A DNA stretch of 64,000 bases from Octopus vulgaris (Eukaryota), in contig OX597835.1 in the NCBI GenBank assembly GCA_951406725.2, positions 32,612,001 to 32,676,000 of the forward strand, given 5' to 3'. Position numbers and translations under genes: made by a program. Numbering within the stretch: position 1 is the stretch's first letter; the number at the start of each line of letters is the position of its first letter. The notes below the pieces were generated by a model that saw only the letters and a list, made by a program, of their open reading frames with translations, made no database searches and had not been told where the DNA came from. This document shows, piece after piece, positions 1 through 12,519 of the stretch.

Positions 1-130
1 CTCGGAGGAATTTGAACACGGAACGTAGCGGCAAAGGGCGAAATACCTATTTCTCAGAACGTAACAGCAGATGAAATACGGCTACGCATTTCGCCCGGCG
101 TGCTAACGTTTCTGCCAGCTCGCCGCCTTA
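1..130 (-). mobile_element. tRNA-headed SINE family A (Meta/Sauria-like central domain), partial, with internal multimer junction
   Basis: Reverse complement of the family-A head GGCGAGCTGGCAGAAACGTTAGCACGCCGGGCGAAATG seen at 20719 and many other places. Contains the GAAATA|GGTATTTCG junction. Confidence 0.8.
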
Positions 131-164
131 ATCAGTCATGATGATGATGATGATGATGACTGTG

Positions 165-1050
165 TTAATTTCATTTATTTGTCACAAGAGCGAAGGATGA
201 GGGGGACAACACAAAGACAGACATAAAGTGTGAGTATTTACATACAATGAAATCATAAAGAAAAGGGAAGTTCAGTATACACAGTATACACTGGGAAAGA
301 AGGGAAAAAGAAGGGACACATGAGTAGTATACAAAGTTTTAAAGAAAGAAAAATGGCGGGGAGGATGCTAGAGATGTGGCCCTCCTGGTACAAGAAGGCC
401 TCTAGGAGTAATTGAGGAAACATACTGTCCGAGATTTCCCTGAGACCCCAGGAGCAAGTGCCCTCTCCAATTCCTCCCCGATTCATAGGTCTACACTGAA
501 CGAGGTACCATCCATCCTTACCATTTTTGCAACTTAAACTCACCTTTTGATAAACTCACTCGAGGACAGCATTTCCCTCTTCATCCTCAATTTCCTTTTC
601 AAGTGAAACTTGAAGAAGTCAATGACAGCTCTACCAAACAGGAATGTATCTGTCCTCATGACTTTCAGCCTTGTCCACCAAGCAACCACTTTCGTCGCCG
701 ACACCAGGCAAAGAAAACTGCCTAACCTGCCCGATTGAAGGAGGGCGGCAGTGCGACCATCACTACACACTATGGATCCATCACACATATGACAGCAGCA
801 GTTCGACATAACCCCACAGGTCAGCAATGCTCGGACACTGAACGAGGGCGTGCAGAACGGTTTCGTCACTCTGCGCGCACTTCGGACAAAGCCGTCTGAC
901 AGCACATCCGTGCCTGTAGAGTTTCTCTGGAACCGGTAGCGCCCCCCGGTAGCACTGCCAGGCCAAGGACATCTGGAAATTATCTATGATAATTCCTGAC
1001 CGGAAGGTCCTCCGGAACAGACTAGCAAGTTCGTTCTCGTTGGCGCCCAG
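165..1050 (-). pseudogene. L1/Tx1-clade LINE 3' fragment (ORF2 C-terminal CCHC/zf-RVT region plus 3' UTR)
   Basis: ORF 781..972 reads LAWQCYRGALPVPEKLYRHG...CPKC..DETVLHALVQC..LW, typical of the L1/Tx1 zf-RVT. It frameshifts into 540..905 and ends in an AATAAA-containing 3' end near 170. Confidence 0.8.
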
Positions 1051-1212
1051 AAATGCTTAGCGGCATTTCTTCTGTCTTTAAGTTCTGTGTTCAAATTCCG
1101 CCGATATCGACTTTGCCTTTCATCTCTATGGATTCGATAAAATAAGTACTAGTTGGCTACTGGAGTCGATGTAATTATGAAATTGCTGGCCTTGTGCCAA
1201 AATTTGAAACCC
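1051..1212 (+). mobile_element. SINE family A, 5'-truncated, TTGTGCCAAAATTTGAAAC-type tail
   Basis: GTTCAAATTCC box B, GACTTTGCCTTTCATC core and the family tail. Confidence 0.75.
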
Positions 1213-1329
1213 AAATTAAAATTCTTCTTGTGTTTAAAATGAGACAGCATATTCATGAGGTAGTTTTGGTAAAAGATGCAGATCTTTGGGTGAAATAAAA
1301 CGTTGCCTTCGTTTTGCAGCTCAGAAACG

Positions 1330-1365
<36 letters not shown>

Positions 1366-1603
1366 GCACACACGACCATCATTACACATACACAAAAGCA
1401 ACGGCATTTTTTTCGACCTTTACGTTCTGAGTTCTAATTCCACCGTGAGCCGACTTTATCGCTCATGCTTTCCTAGAGTGATAAGATAAGTACCAGTCGT
1501 GTACTGGGGTCAATATAATTGAATAGTCACCCCACCACAAAGTTTCAGCCCTTTCTGCCTATAATAGAACTCCTTCCCACCAAAACCCCCCCAAAAATTA
1601 CAA

Positions 1604-2015
1604 GGCGCAGGAGTGGCTGAGTGGTAAGTAGCTTGCTTTCCAACCACATGGTTCCGAGTTCAGTCCCACTGCGTGGAACCTTGGGCTTCTACTATAGCCT
1701 CGGGCCGACCAAAGCCTTGTGAGTGGATTTGATAGACGGAAACTGAAAGAAGCCCGTCGTATATATGTATATATATATATAAATATATTTGTGCGTGTAT
1801 GTTTGTGTGTCTGTGTTTGTCCCCCTAGCATTGCTTGACAACCGATGCTGGTGTGTTTACGGACCCGTCACTTAGCGGTTCGGCAAAAGAGACCGATATA
1901 ATAAGTACTGGGCTAACAAAGAATAAGTCCCGGGGTCGAGTTGCTCGACTAAAGGCGGTGCTCCAGCATGGCCTCAGTCAACTGACTGAAACAAGTAAAA
2001 GAGTAAAAAGAGTAA
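1604..2015 (+). mobile_element. SINE family B (tRNA head, internal TA/TG microsatellite, (AAAAGAGT)n tail), full length
   Basis: GGCGCAGGAGTGGCTG.GTGGTAAG box A and GAGTTCAGTCCC box B. More than 10 similar copies occur in the window. Confidence 0.85.
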
Positions 2016-2249
2016 GGGAGCTTCTCTGTCGTGGCTCTGTCACGGAGTGACTGGAAAAAAACCAAAAGAAGCTCAGAATGGAAAAGTCTTAAAAAATTTA
2101 GCAGTTTGCTGAAATGGTAAATGGTAGTAGGAGTGGTGGGGGCGGGAAGAGTAGAGGAGACTATTGCTGTATTGTTTGTTAGGGGAGAGGATCTTAGCTT
2201 CGGTCAGTTGGTTCAGAAGAAGCATTTGAAGCAAGAAAGGATGTTTCGG

Positions 2250-2264
2250 TATACATGTCAGTGT

Positions 2265-2305
<41 letters not shown>

Positions 2306-2850
2306 TGCGTTTGTGTGCCTGTGTGCATGTATATATATTTGTGCGTTTGTGTGTATGTATAAGTACTTGTTTGTATGTGTTTGTTTGTCTGCGCGTGTGT
2401 ATATGCGTATGTGTGTGTGTATGTTTGTATGTGTGTCGATATATGTGCGTATACGTATATGTATATGTATGTGTTCGCTCGCTTGTGTGTGTGTGTGTTT
2501 ACTCCTTCGTGCATGTGTGTGTGAATGAGGTGTGTGTATGTGTGTATATGTTTGCATGTGTATGTATATGTGTGTGTTCGCTCGCTTGTGTGTGTGTATG
2601 AGTTTGCTTCCTAGTGCATGTGTGTGTGAATGCGTTTGTGTATGTGTGTGTATATATATCTGTATGTGTATCTATACGTCTGCGTATATGTGTATATATA
2701 TGTATGTGTTCGCTTGTTTGTGTGTATGTTTTTGCTTACTTGTGCATTTGTGTGAAAGAGTCTGTGTATGTATATGTGTGTGTATATGTTTGTATGTGTA
2801 TCTATATATGTACATATATGTGTATATATATGTGTGTGTCCGTGTACGTT
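2250..2850. repeat. Degenerate (TG)n/(TA)n compound microsatellite
   Basis: Direct reading. It is the source of several spurious ORFs. Confidence 0.95.
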
Positions 2851-3214
2851 GAATATTTAGAGAAGGTAAAACAAAGTTGAAAGACACAGAAGTTAAATTT
2901 TAAGAAGAATTAGTCATAACAAGCGGGTGGCTTAAGCCATATTACGTGATGTTACTAAGTTCAAAGGAGAACAGAGAGAGAAAAGAGAATATGTTGCGTT
3001 TCATGCTTAAGGAATTAAGAAGTTTTAATATATTTGTGTGAAGTCCATCTTTATATGCATAAATACCAACACAATCACGCATACACACAAACACACACAT
3101 ACATATATATGTATATATATATGTATACATACACGCACACAAACACACATATATCTATATATACACACATATACGCACATGGACACACATATGCGTGCAT
3201 ACAAATATATCACC

Positions 3215-3248
<34 letters not shown>

Positions 3249-3280
3249 TTTATTTAAAAGCAGCAGAAATTCAACAAAAC

Positions 3281-3318
3281 CTGTTACTCGGAGTTTCACG
3301 TTCCCGTTCGTCGGACAG
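3281..3318 (-). ncRNA. Minimal type I hammerhead-like motif, family H1 (CCGACGA core), in a ~160-bp element between (TA)n tracts
   Basis: Minus strand reads CTGT CCGACGA ACG-GGAA-CGT GAAA CTCCGAG TA ACAG. Stems I and II pair, stem III is near-palindromic (ACTC-C-GAGT), and the cleavage triplet is GUA. Confidence 0.7.
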
Positions 3319-3404
3319 TTTTGTTAATAAATAAAGCATATTATTCTACCCCTGGTATTTCAGTACTTTTTTTTCCACCTTGTTTCACATTTATGTCTTT
3401 ACTC

Positions 3405-3452
<48 letters not shown>

Positions 3453-3958
3453 TCACACGTGTACACCTCTGCCTCTTAAACTGAAAAGAACCGCAGATGT
3501 CAACAGCGGCGGTCACCAGTCAGATTTCACACACACACACACACACACACATACACGCACACAAATCAGAATACCATTCACAGTGCCTTCGAAGGTTCGC
3601 TCAGCAAACCTTTCGTCCGACTGCGATGAATTGAAATTATTCTTGGCTTTATATGGCATCGGTTCAGTTAAAATCTTCCTTGGATATATGGGTTTGAGTG
3701 GAGTGGTAATAAGGTTTCAGGGTGGATTGAAATGGAGATGTGTTTTGGAGAATTTTGTATTCATTAAATTTGGAGTTGTGCTATTGTTTAGAGTATAATC
3801 ATGTATGAACATACGTACTTAAATATAGATGTATGTATATAGATACGCACACACACACACACACGTACATATCTATAAGCACATTCCTTTAGTCTTTTTA
3901 TCTTTTACACGGTTCAGCGCCAAAGCAGTCGCCATGTTGGGACATATATATATATATG

Positions 3959-4080
<122 letters not shown>

Positions 4081-4145
4081 TATCGCCATGTTGATTCGCT
4101 AGCATCTGCACGCATTTTTTTCTCTCCGTGTTTCTTTTCTGTGTA

Positions 4146-4180
4146 TCTTTCTGTTGAAGAGCGTAGGCTCGAAACGTAAA

Positions 4181-4183
<3 letters not shown>
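4146..4183 (+). ncRNA. Minimal hammerhead-like motif, family H2 (CTGTNGA core)
   Basis: TCTTT CTGTTGA A GAGC-GTAG-GCTC GAAA C GTA AAAGA. The same element occurs at 9111 and 37375. Confidence 0.65.
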
Positions 4184-4240
<57 letters not shown>

Positions 4241-4250
4241 ATATATATAT

Positions 4251-5089
4251 AAAATCGACACTGACTTCAACCACATATATTTATTTTTTATTTCACACAA
4301 GTGCATTGTTTATTTTTGATTTAGTCGACTATAGAGTATAGTAGGGACAGTTGGATACCGTCTATGAGAAAAACAGCACAATGGCAGAATTCACTCTGCC
4401 AGAAATTTGGAAATGATATGCTGTACTGCTCGGCATTCACGCCGGGGGTTCCAATACAAACATTTCAGAGTGTTTGGGTGTCAGTCTGAGGATAGTGCAA
4501 TCTGAGGACATGTACCGGAAGTGACAAAAATCAAACATCCTTTCAACATCATGGTGTTTGGTGTGATCACTACTGATGGTGAAGTTATGCCTCCATTCAT
4601 CTCCCCACACGGCTTCGGACTCAAGAAGGTGGCCTTCATCAAGTACCTGGAGGAGGTTGGGCTGTTCTGGGTGAAGACGGTGGTGGCTGGAAGACTCTAT
4701 ATCTGGCAACAGGACTCTGAACCACGCCACAGAAGCAGGAGAACCCAGTCATGGTTGTCAGTCCTAACATCTGGCCACCTAACTCCCCAGACAGAAACTT
4801 CCTTGATTATTATGTGTGGGGCACAATAAAACTCCAAACATGAACTGACGGCCAGTATTATGGCAGAATTCACCAACTTAAACAAGGTGACAAGTCAGAA
4901 GAGTTACAGAAGATTTCGAAGTCGCCGGGAGGCTGTGGTTGAAGTCAGTGGCGATTTTATTGAATAACTTGTTTAGTTTTTCAAGATATTTTTTATATAA
5001 TTTTGGTAAATATATCTGTTAAAATGAGATGTCAGTATTATTTTCAATTTTGCGTAATTTAGACGACAGTTTATTCACCGCACCCCGTC

Positions 5090-5090
<1 letters not shown>
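4251..5090 (+). mobile_element. Decayed Tc1/mariner-superfamily transposon (maT/DD37D-like) with internal deletions
   Basis: ORF 4521..4829 has IMVFGVITTDG and WQQDS, followed in another frame by WPPNSP and, after a further shift, LDYYVWG. 4251-4274 is an inverted copy of 4936-4959. The right end is TTCACCGCACCCCGTCTA. Confidence 0.8.
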
Positions 5091-5166
<76 letters not shown>

Positions 5167-5200
5167 AAGGATGAAAAGGAACACACGAGTTGATATATAT

Positions 5201-5606
5201 GAAAAAATAAGTCAAGATAGAAAATGCTAAAATAATTTTATAAAGAACATTTCAGTACCAGTTTCGGTCATTTTGAGACCTTTTCAACTGTAACGATTAA
5301 ATAATTAAATTTAGAAAAATTAAAAGAAAAGTTTTTTTAAAAGAATATTTGTATAGTGTTCAAATATAAGACAGCGACCTCGAACCCACAAGTGTAAACA
5401 AAAGAGACAGAGAAAGGCAGAAACAAGGAAAATGCCACTTATATTTAAACACTATACAAATATTCTTTAAAAAAACTTTTCTTTTAATTTTTCTAAATTT
5501 AATTATTTAATAGTTACAGTTGAAAAGGTCTCAAAATGACCGAAACCGGTACTGAAATGTTCTTTATAAAATTATTTTAGCATTTTCTATCTTGACTTAT
5601 TTTTTC
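5201..5606. mobile_element. Inverted-repeat element (arms 5201-5370 / 5438-5606) in (TA)n, Penelope pseudo-LTR-like
   Basis: The ~170-bp arms have few mismatches, separated by a 67-nt spacer. Each arm carries a hammerhead-like motif reading outward. Confidence 0.75.
5517..5554 (+). ncRNA. Hammerhead-like motif, family H3 (U3-A8 variant TTGAAAA); mirror copy at 5253-5290 (-)
   Basis: CAG TTGAAAA GGTC-TCAAAAT-GACC GAAA CCGG TA CTG, with palindromic stem III ACCGGT. Confidence 0.65.
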
Positions 5607-5717
5607 ATATATATATATATTTATAAATGAGGGTGAAAAATTGATATTAATTTAATAATACCATTAATTTAACACCGAGTGGCTTAGCACAAAAAAACTA
5701 GGGAGAAAATACAAATT

Positions 5718-6306
5718 TATACATACATTATTAGAGTGTTACCACTATGTGGATAGCTCTAGTGCTAAAAATAGCTCCGATAGTATAGCCACAGAAATGA
5801 TGTTTCCAACTAGAAATAACATTACATTTAACGGAAGGAAAGTGAAACATAACTAATAAATAGATTGACCCTGAACAATTGTTTCATTACTAATGTAATA
5901 TGTAATTTTACTTACATAAACATCTATAAATCATCAGCAGAGGTTTGTCTTGAATACAATTTATTAGACCAACATGAGCGTCAAACGCACGTGCGGTTTA
6001 ACCAATTGCATTTTTAGTTATGCCTCAAATTTACCCGCGAAAAGCATGCTAAGACTTATTGGAAACGTATGCTGCATCAAATAAAATATATCTGCTGTTG
6101 ATTTATAGATGTTTATGTAAGTAAAATTACATATTACATTAGTAATGAAACAATTGTTCAGGGTAAATCTATTTATTAGTTATGTTTCACTTTCCTTCCG
6201 TTAAATGTAATGTTATTTCTAGTTGGAAACATCATTTCTGTGGCTATACTATCGGAGCTATTTTTAGCACTAGAGCTATCCACATAGTGGTAACTCTCTA
6301 ATAATT

Positions 6307-6314
<8 letters not shown>
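5718..6314. mobile_element. Inverted-repeat element (arms ~5718-5941 / 6091-6314) in (TA)n, Penelope pseudo-LTR-like
   Basis: The ~224-bp near-identical arms surround a 149-nt spacer. The left arm extends to about 5625. Confidence 0.75.
5868..5944 (-). ncRNA. Hammerhead-like motif, family H4 (canonical CTGATGA, long AU-rich stem II); mirror copy at 6092-6164 (+)
   Basis: Minus strand reads CTCTG CTGATGA [TTTATAGATGTT TATGTAA-GTAAAA-TTACATA TTACATTAGTAAT] GAAA CAATTG TT CAGGG, with palindromic stem III ACAATTGT. Confidence 0.65.
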
Positions 6315-6353
<39 letters not shown>

Positions 6354-6460
6354 ATATATGTATATATATATATATATGTATGTATATATATATATATGTA
6401 TGTATATATGCATACACATATATGTATACACAATATATATATTTAAATATATACATATAT

Positions 6461-6511
<51 letters not shown>

Positions 6512-6661
6512 ATATAAAATATGAATTAGAGATAAAACCACTATTAGGCAACTCAAACAGTGATAGGCGTAAACCAATACATAAATAACAAATAATATAA
6601 ATATAATTAATATAATATATAATAAATATATATATAAAATTTAAAATTTAATTTTTTTTTG

Positions 6662-6899
6662 TTCAGGCAGAGTTACCTAACTCGGATAAAAACCTCAAAA
6701 TTGTGAGATCCGACCTCGTTTTCGAGGTTATTTTTGTAGTAAAAAAGAGTTGTTGTGCATAAAGCATGCTTTATTTGGTAGCCGAACGATAACTGAAACT
6801 TTTGATGCCTCATACGTCAAAATCAGCAACTCAGTTTTCGAATCCATAAGGAACACACGCACACACACTCCACAAACTTTTACATATATATATCAAGAT
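6662..6899 (-). mobile_element. Possible non-autonomous Helitron-like fragment
   Basis: The + strand ends (CA)n-CAAACTTTTACATATATATATCAAGAT, which resembles reversed 5' termini of invertebrate non-autonomous Helitrons. No CTAG end was seen. Confidence 0.3.
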
Positions 6900-7159
6900 G
6901 GACGCTCGTCCGCTAGAGATAGCAGCGACTCATCTTCCTGCCAGAGATTTATAGAAAATCAACTTGTCTTCGCTTGAATAAGTTATACCTTGAAATCAAA
7001 TTTTCCTTCTCATTTAAAATCTGTCATAATTTCCGTTCGGTGTGGGTTCGGCATTTTTGGAAGCGAAGATAATTCCAGTAACTCAAGAATTTCTTTTGTA
7101 TGACATTTTCTACATCTTCATTCATGCCAGTAGCCATTTCTCTCAGTTCATCTTCGTTT

Positions 7160-7218
<59 letters not shown>

Positions 7219-7927
7219 GAGCGCATATGTATATGTATATATGAGTGTGTGTGTGTGTTTGTTTGTGTGTCCGTCTGTACACGTATGAATATGCCAATGT
7301 AATGTAATATCTGTGTAAAATATTCAAATTGTAAAAAAAAGATTGCAGGAAACTCACAAATTCCATCAGGCACCCACACGTAAACAAATACATATGTGAT
7401 ATGTATGCATATACACGTACACACCCACGCACACACACCCACGCGCACACACACACACAAACACAAATGCTACACATGCACAGATGTCGTATAGACATAT
7501 ATACGTGGGCAGATAGGCACCTACAATCATATAATATTCATATTGAAAAGACAAATGAAATTTATTGAAATATTATTCCAAAAACAACAGCAGTCACTCA
7601 AGACAGTGATAAATGTTGTAGTAGTTGTAGTAGTAGTAGTAGTAGCAGCAGCTATGCAGTTGTTTAGGAAAATGTCTGTCTTACTGCAGTAAATTTCTAC
7701 TTTACGACATAAAAATGCAATTATTTGAAAGAGTTGAAGCGCCTGGTTTTCTAATACTTTTAGAGCATATGAAAGTATCAAATTAATAAAAAGCAGTATA
7801 CAGTATGCAGTCGATAAATTAAGGACCAGTGAAACACTACGGTCGTAGTATCGACTCGTCCTCTTCCCTAAAATTGCTGCCAATGTAAGCAAAATTTGAA
7901 ACTATTATTATTATTATTATTATTATT

Positions 7928-8462
7928 GAGTAAGAGAGCAGTGTATGCCATCAAAGTGATACTGGGTCCATCATGACTACCCGTCTGATAAGGGTTCACT
8001 AGGCACATGCATCACAACCATATGTGCACGACATGGTGATCTCATATCAAGATAAACAGCACATGACCTTGCAGGTGGGGCCCAGTTAGAATTTTCTTCT
8101 GGTCGAGTAGCCCATCCCACTCAAAAGGTCCCTGAATAAGGGTTATTTAAGGATGTTGAACAAACCACCCATGTTTCCAGAGGTGAATTAGTCAAACTCC
8201 AAAGAATCCCTCTCAACACATGGCTATGATGCTCCCCCCACTACTTCTGCTCGTGATCAGAGATACACATATCGTCAGCCACTAAGGGACATGCTCAGCT
8301 GGTTACGGTCAAACAACTGACAAGCAAATCTGTGGTATTGAGCAGAATATTTGCTGTAGCCCATCTTTTATACCAAGACAAAAAAACGTACATGAAACAC
8401 TTCCAATCAGTTAAGATCAGAAGCCATAAGAGCCACTGCCTGGTACTGCATCAGGACATTTT
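7928..8462 (-). mobile_element. Non-coding ~530-bp element inserted in (TTA)n, probably a non-autonomous partner of R4/Dong LINEs
   Basis: Flanked on both sides by (TTA)n. Its end GAGT.AGAGAGCAGTG.ATGCCATCAAAGTGA recurs after TTATTATTATT at 46361. Confidence 0.55.
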
Positions 8463-8463
8463 A

Positions 8464-8537
<74 letters not shown>

Positions 8538-8577
8538 GTTATTGTTATTGTTGTTGTAATTGTTGTTGTTATTATTA

Positions 8578-8645
<68 letters not shown>

Positions 8646-9044
8646 AATAATAATCAATTAAATAGAGCCGCTTGAAATAGCCGTAATGAATTGACAACTG
8701 TACATCTTTGATACTTATTTATATTCTGTTCACTTAGCTTGGATTCTGCACTTTGGAAATATTAAACAAAGTACCGTTATAAACAATACAATTACCAAGA
8801 GCGGATATTTTCACTTAGCTGGGTTGAGTTGCCTGCACACGACAAGGATATTAGGTGCAAACACTCCAACACGGTATCTTGATATTCAAAATTCAAATAA
8901 TATTGTTGAGGTATGCGAACTACACCGAACTATCAAGGTGTCTCAATTTGAGTACCTAATTCAACTGAATCTTAATTATATATATATGTATATATATATA
9001 TATGTGTGTGTGTGTATGTGTGTGTGTGTATACGTATATATATA

Positions 9045-9244
9045 TAACGCCATGTTGGATCGTTAGCTCCTACATGCATTTTTTTCTCTCCTTGTTTTTT
9101 TTTCTGTGTATCTTTCTGTCGAAGAGCGTAGGCTCGAAATGTAAAAGACTTGTTTTATTTCTATTCCTGAGCGCCATACTAATACAATTGTTTGTTTGTA
9201 CTCCACCTGCCTTCGTCTTTTGTTTATTTTCATAAACCTTCCCG

Positions 9245-9246
<2 letters not shown>
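9045..9246 (+). mobile_element. (TA)n-embedded short element carrying hammerhead-like H2 at 9111-9148
   Basis: Homologous to 4084-4184 and 37345-37507. Reads TCTTT CTGTCGA A GAGC-GTAG-GCTC GAAA TGTA AAAGA. Confidence 0.7.
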
Positions 9247-9342
<96 letters not shown>

Positions 9343-9637
9343 TAGAAATATGTTACAAAAAGAAAATATAAAATACACGTGGAAATGTAAGGGGAAAATA
9401 TAAAAAATCAACGAAAATGCACATTGTAAATAAAAAAGAAAAGGCTATTTATGAAAGGTAACGACAGATATATACATTTAGATGGACTGAGGTAGTAATA
9501 AAAGTCATAAAAGTCATTAATTATGACATGATTATAAGATGATTATAAAAGTCAGATAACAAAGCATACCATGGTTTCCGCAAAGCTATTCATTGCTTTG
9601 AATAAACACCGACCAATACCTTATTATTATATTATTA

Positions 9638-9680
<43 letters not shown>

Positions 9681-10472
9681 TATTATCGACTGCACATACT
9701 TCAACAGCAAGATGTTTTAAAACCCAGTGCAACATGGAAGTTGTCCTTCAGGCGCTATTCCGCAGCCGATTGGCGAAGAAACAGAGCACATGCTCAGTGT
9801 AATTGCGGTCGATAATATTTACAACAATGACTGCTTCTTCGTGTTGGAATTCAGCCCCACATCTGAATAAGGGCTCAATTCAGGCGGCAATGAAAACTGG
9901 TTCGATTCCCGCAGCTGTGCGTTGTTTATTACGTTTGCCATGTAAGTATGTACCTCATCTCATAACTACAATTCCCTGAATTCTACAATTAAAAATTTTA
10001 TTTAAATGAATAATTAATTCTTTCTTCACTACACACAAATACTATGTATTTTAAGAAGGAATATTCAATAAAACCTGAAATATTCAGTAATTTCTTAAGG
10101 GCGTTTTCAGCCTTAGTAACTCAAACAGATTCGGATCAAGTTTAGAAACATTGGCCAAGCTCCGGTTTGTGGGAAAGACAATAATAATAATAATAAAAAA
10201 TTCTCACCTTTTAGTCTATCTAGATAGGCAGTCGCTGATATATAATAAGATAATAAAGTTTCATATACAATATTAAACGCATAAAAATATAACATTATGG
10301 AAAGAATTTCATATGACAAAAGAAAACAGCAAAAAAATAGCCCCAAACAATTTTTTTTCGTATTGGTTTTCAATTCGAAATGATTACTTTAATGGAGAGT
10401 GATAAATTGATAAAACAGGAAATAGAACTGCAAAAGAAGACGAAATGATATCATATATATGCATACATACGT

Positions 10473-10536
<64 letters not shown>

Positions 10537-10655
10537 ATGTACATAAGTGTATGTGTGTATGTGTGTGAGTGTGTGTGTGTATGTGTGCGTCATTGCACAA
10601 TTTTTATTTCAAAGAGATGTCTGCATGTGCTATCATTTTCCCATTTATAATAATG

Positions 10656-10660
10656 TAAGA

Positions 10661-10756
<96 letters not shown>

Positions 10757-10769
10757 TACATATATACAT

Positions 10770-10801
<32 letters not shown>

Positions 10802-10824
10802 GTCGTTTAAAATAATTTGGAAAG

Positions 10825-10869
<45 letters not shown>

Positions 10870-11040
10870 TACATATATATATATAGATATAGATATATAC
10901 GTATATACATACAAATATGAATGTATACATATGCATATATACATATGTATATATTTCCAAATTATATAATAATATATGCGTGTGTGTTTATAAATATGTG
11001 CATATGTATATATATATATACCAATATATATGTACCAATA

Positions 11041-11074
<34 letters not shown>

Positions 11075-11335
11075 CCTATATATATATAATTACATACATA
11101 CACACATATGTACATATATGTATGTATGTCTACTTACAGAATCTTACGCAAACATACATAGACACATATCTATTCACTTACAAACATGTGAGTGCGTATA
11201 CGTGTACGTGTGTAGAAATATACATATATATATACATATATACATACATATGTATATATATATATATATACATACATACATACATATGTATATATATATA
11301 TATATATATATACAAATATACATATATATATATGT
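10656..11335. repeat. (TA)n/(TACA)n compound microsatellite block
   Basis: Direct reading. Confidence 0.95.
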
Positions 11336-11744
11336 TCAATTACTAGCCTATCATAGCTATATAAACGCATCACTATATACATAGCACCGTTATAAAAATA
11401 AAACTATAAAACGGACAGAAAGTGTGAGTAAATACGCACTTCTTGATAAAACTTCTATTTAGATGTATTCTTAATCTTTGAGAATATCAATTTTTGATAG
11501 ATAAAACTTTTAAAAATTAAAGCAGATAAAGATAGATCTGGGATATTAATACGAACTGCAAACATTGATTCTGTAATTGTTTTCTCCTTTTATGATAAGA
11601 CCTTAAATGCTGTGTGTGTATGTGTGTGCAGGCACGCGTGTGTGTATGGGTTTATGTGAATGAAACAGAGAGAATGCGTATATATATATATAAATATATA
11701 TATATAAGTATATCTATATGCACATGTCTATCTATCTATCTATA

Positions 11745-11874
<130 letters not shown>

Positions 11875-12519
11875 CTTACATGTATTTATCTATTTCTACG
11901 TATGTACGTATACATGTATGCATATCTGGAGAGAGAGAAAGAGAGAGTAGCGAGCGAGTGACAGAGGGAGGGAGAGAGAGAGAGACAAAGAGAGAGAGAA
12001 AGATAAAGAGAGAGGGTGAAAGTAAGTGATGGTGATAAATGAAAAGGAATAGATATATACTTTAGATTATCTCCACATTAATTTATAAGGAAATGTTCAA
12101 TGAACAAACACACACACAGAGAATTAAATAAATACACATTTGAATAAAATGAGGAAACTGCTTCAATGCGTTGTTTTTAAAGCATTTACTTTATCTCAAT
12201 GTTAATATTTCAAGCATTAAAATCGTTTTCAAGAAAAAGAGATGAAGGAAAACGGTGAAATGAATAGCGGGAGGAAAATAGCAATCAATACAGAAAGTAG
12301 ATTATAAACTTTTATTAATGAGTTTAGATGGCTCCCTGTTGCCGCTATTTATGGTACAGAAACGACAGAATGTAACATAAACTGCATCATTATTAAAGCA
12401 CTGGATGCTATACTTTGAAATTATTCGTTGCAATTCACTGAACTCAGCATTCAAATATCGCCCACGAAAGTTTTGCTTCCAATTCATTCGAGGTCGATTA
12501 ATGAAGTCCTAATTCTAAG

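Noticed and set aside
7345-7372. CTGATGG on the minus strand
   Set aside because: No downstream stem II/GAAA, so it is not a hammerhead.
8405-8456. Short U2 snRNA-like words (TAAGATCA, CCTGGTACTGCA)
   Set aside because: Too short and wrongly spaced for U2, with no Sm site or branch-pairing region.
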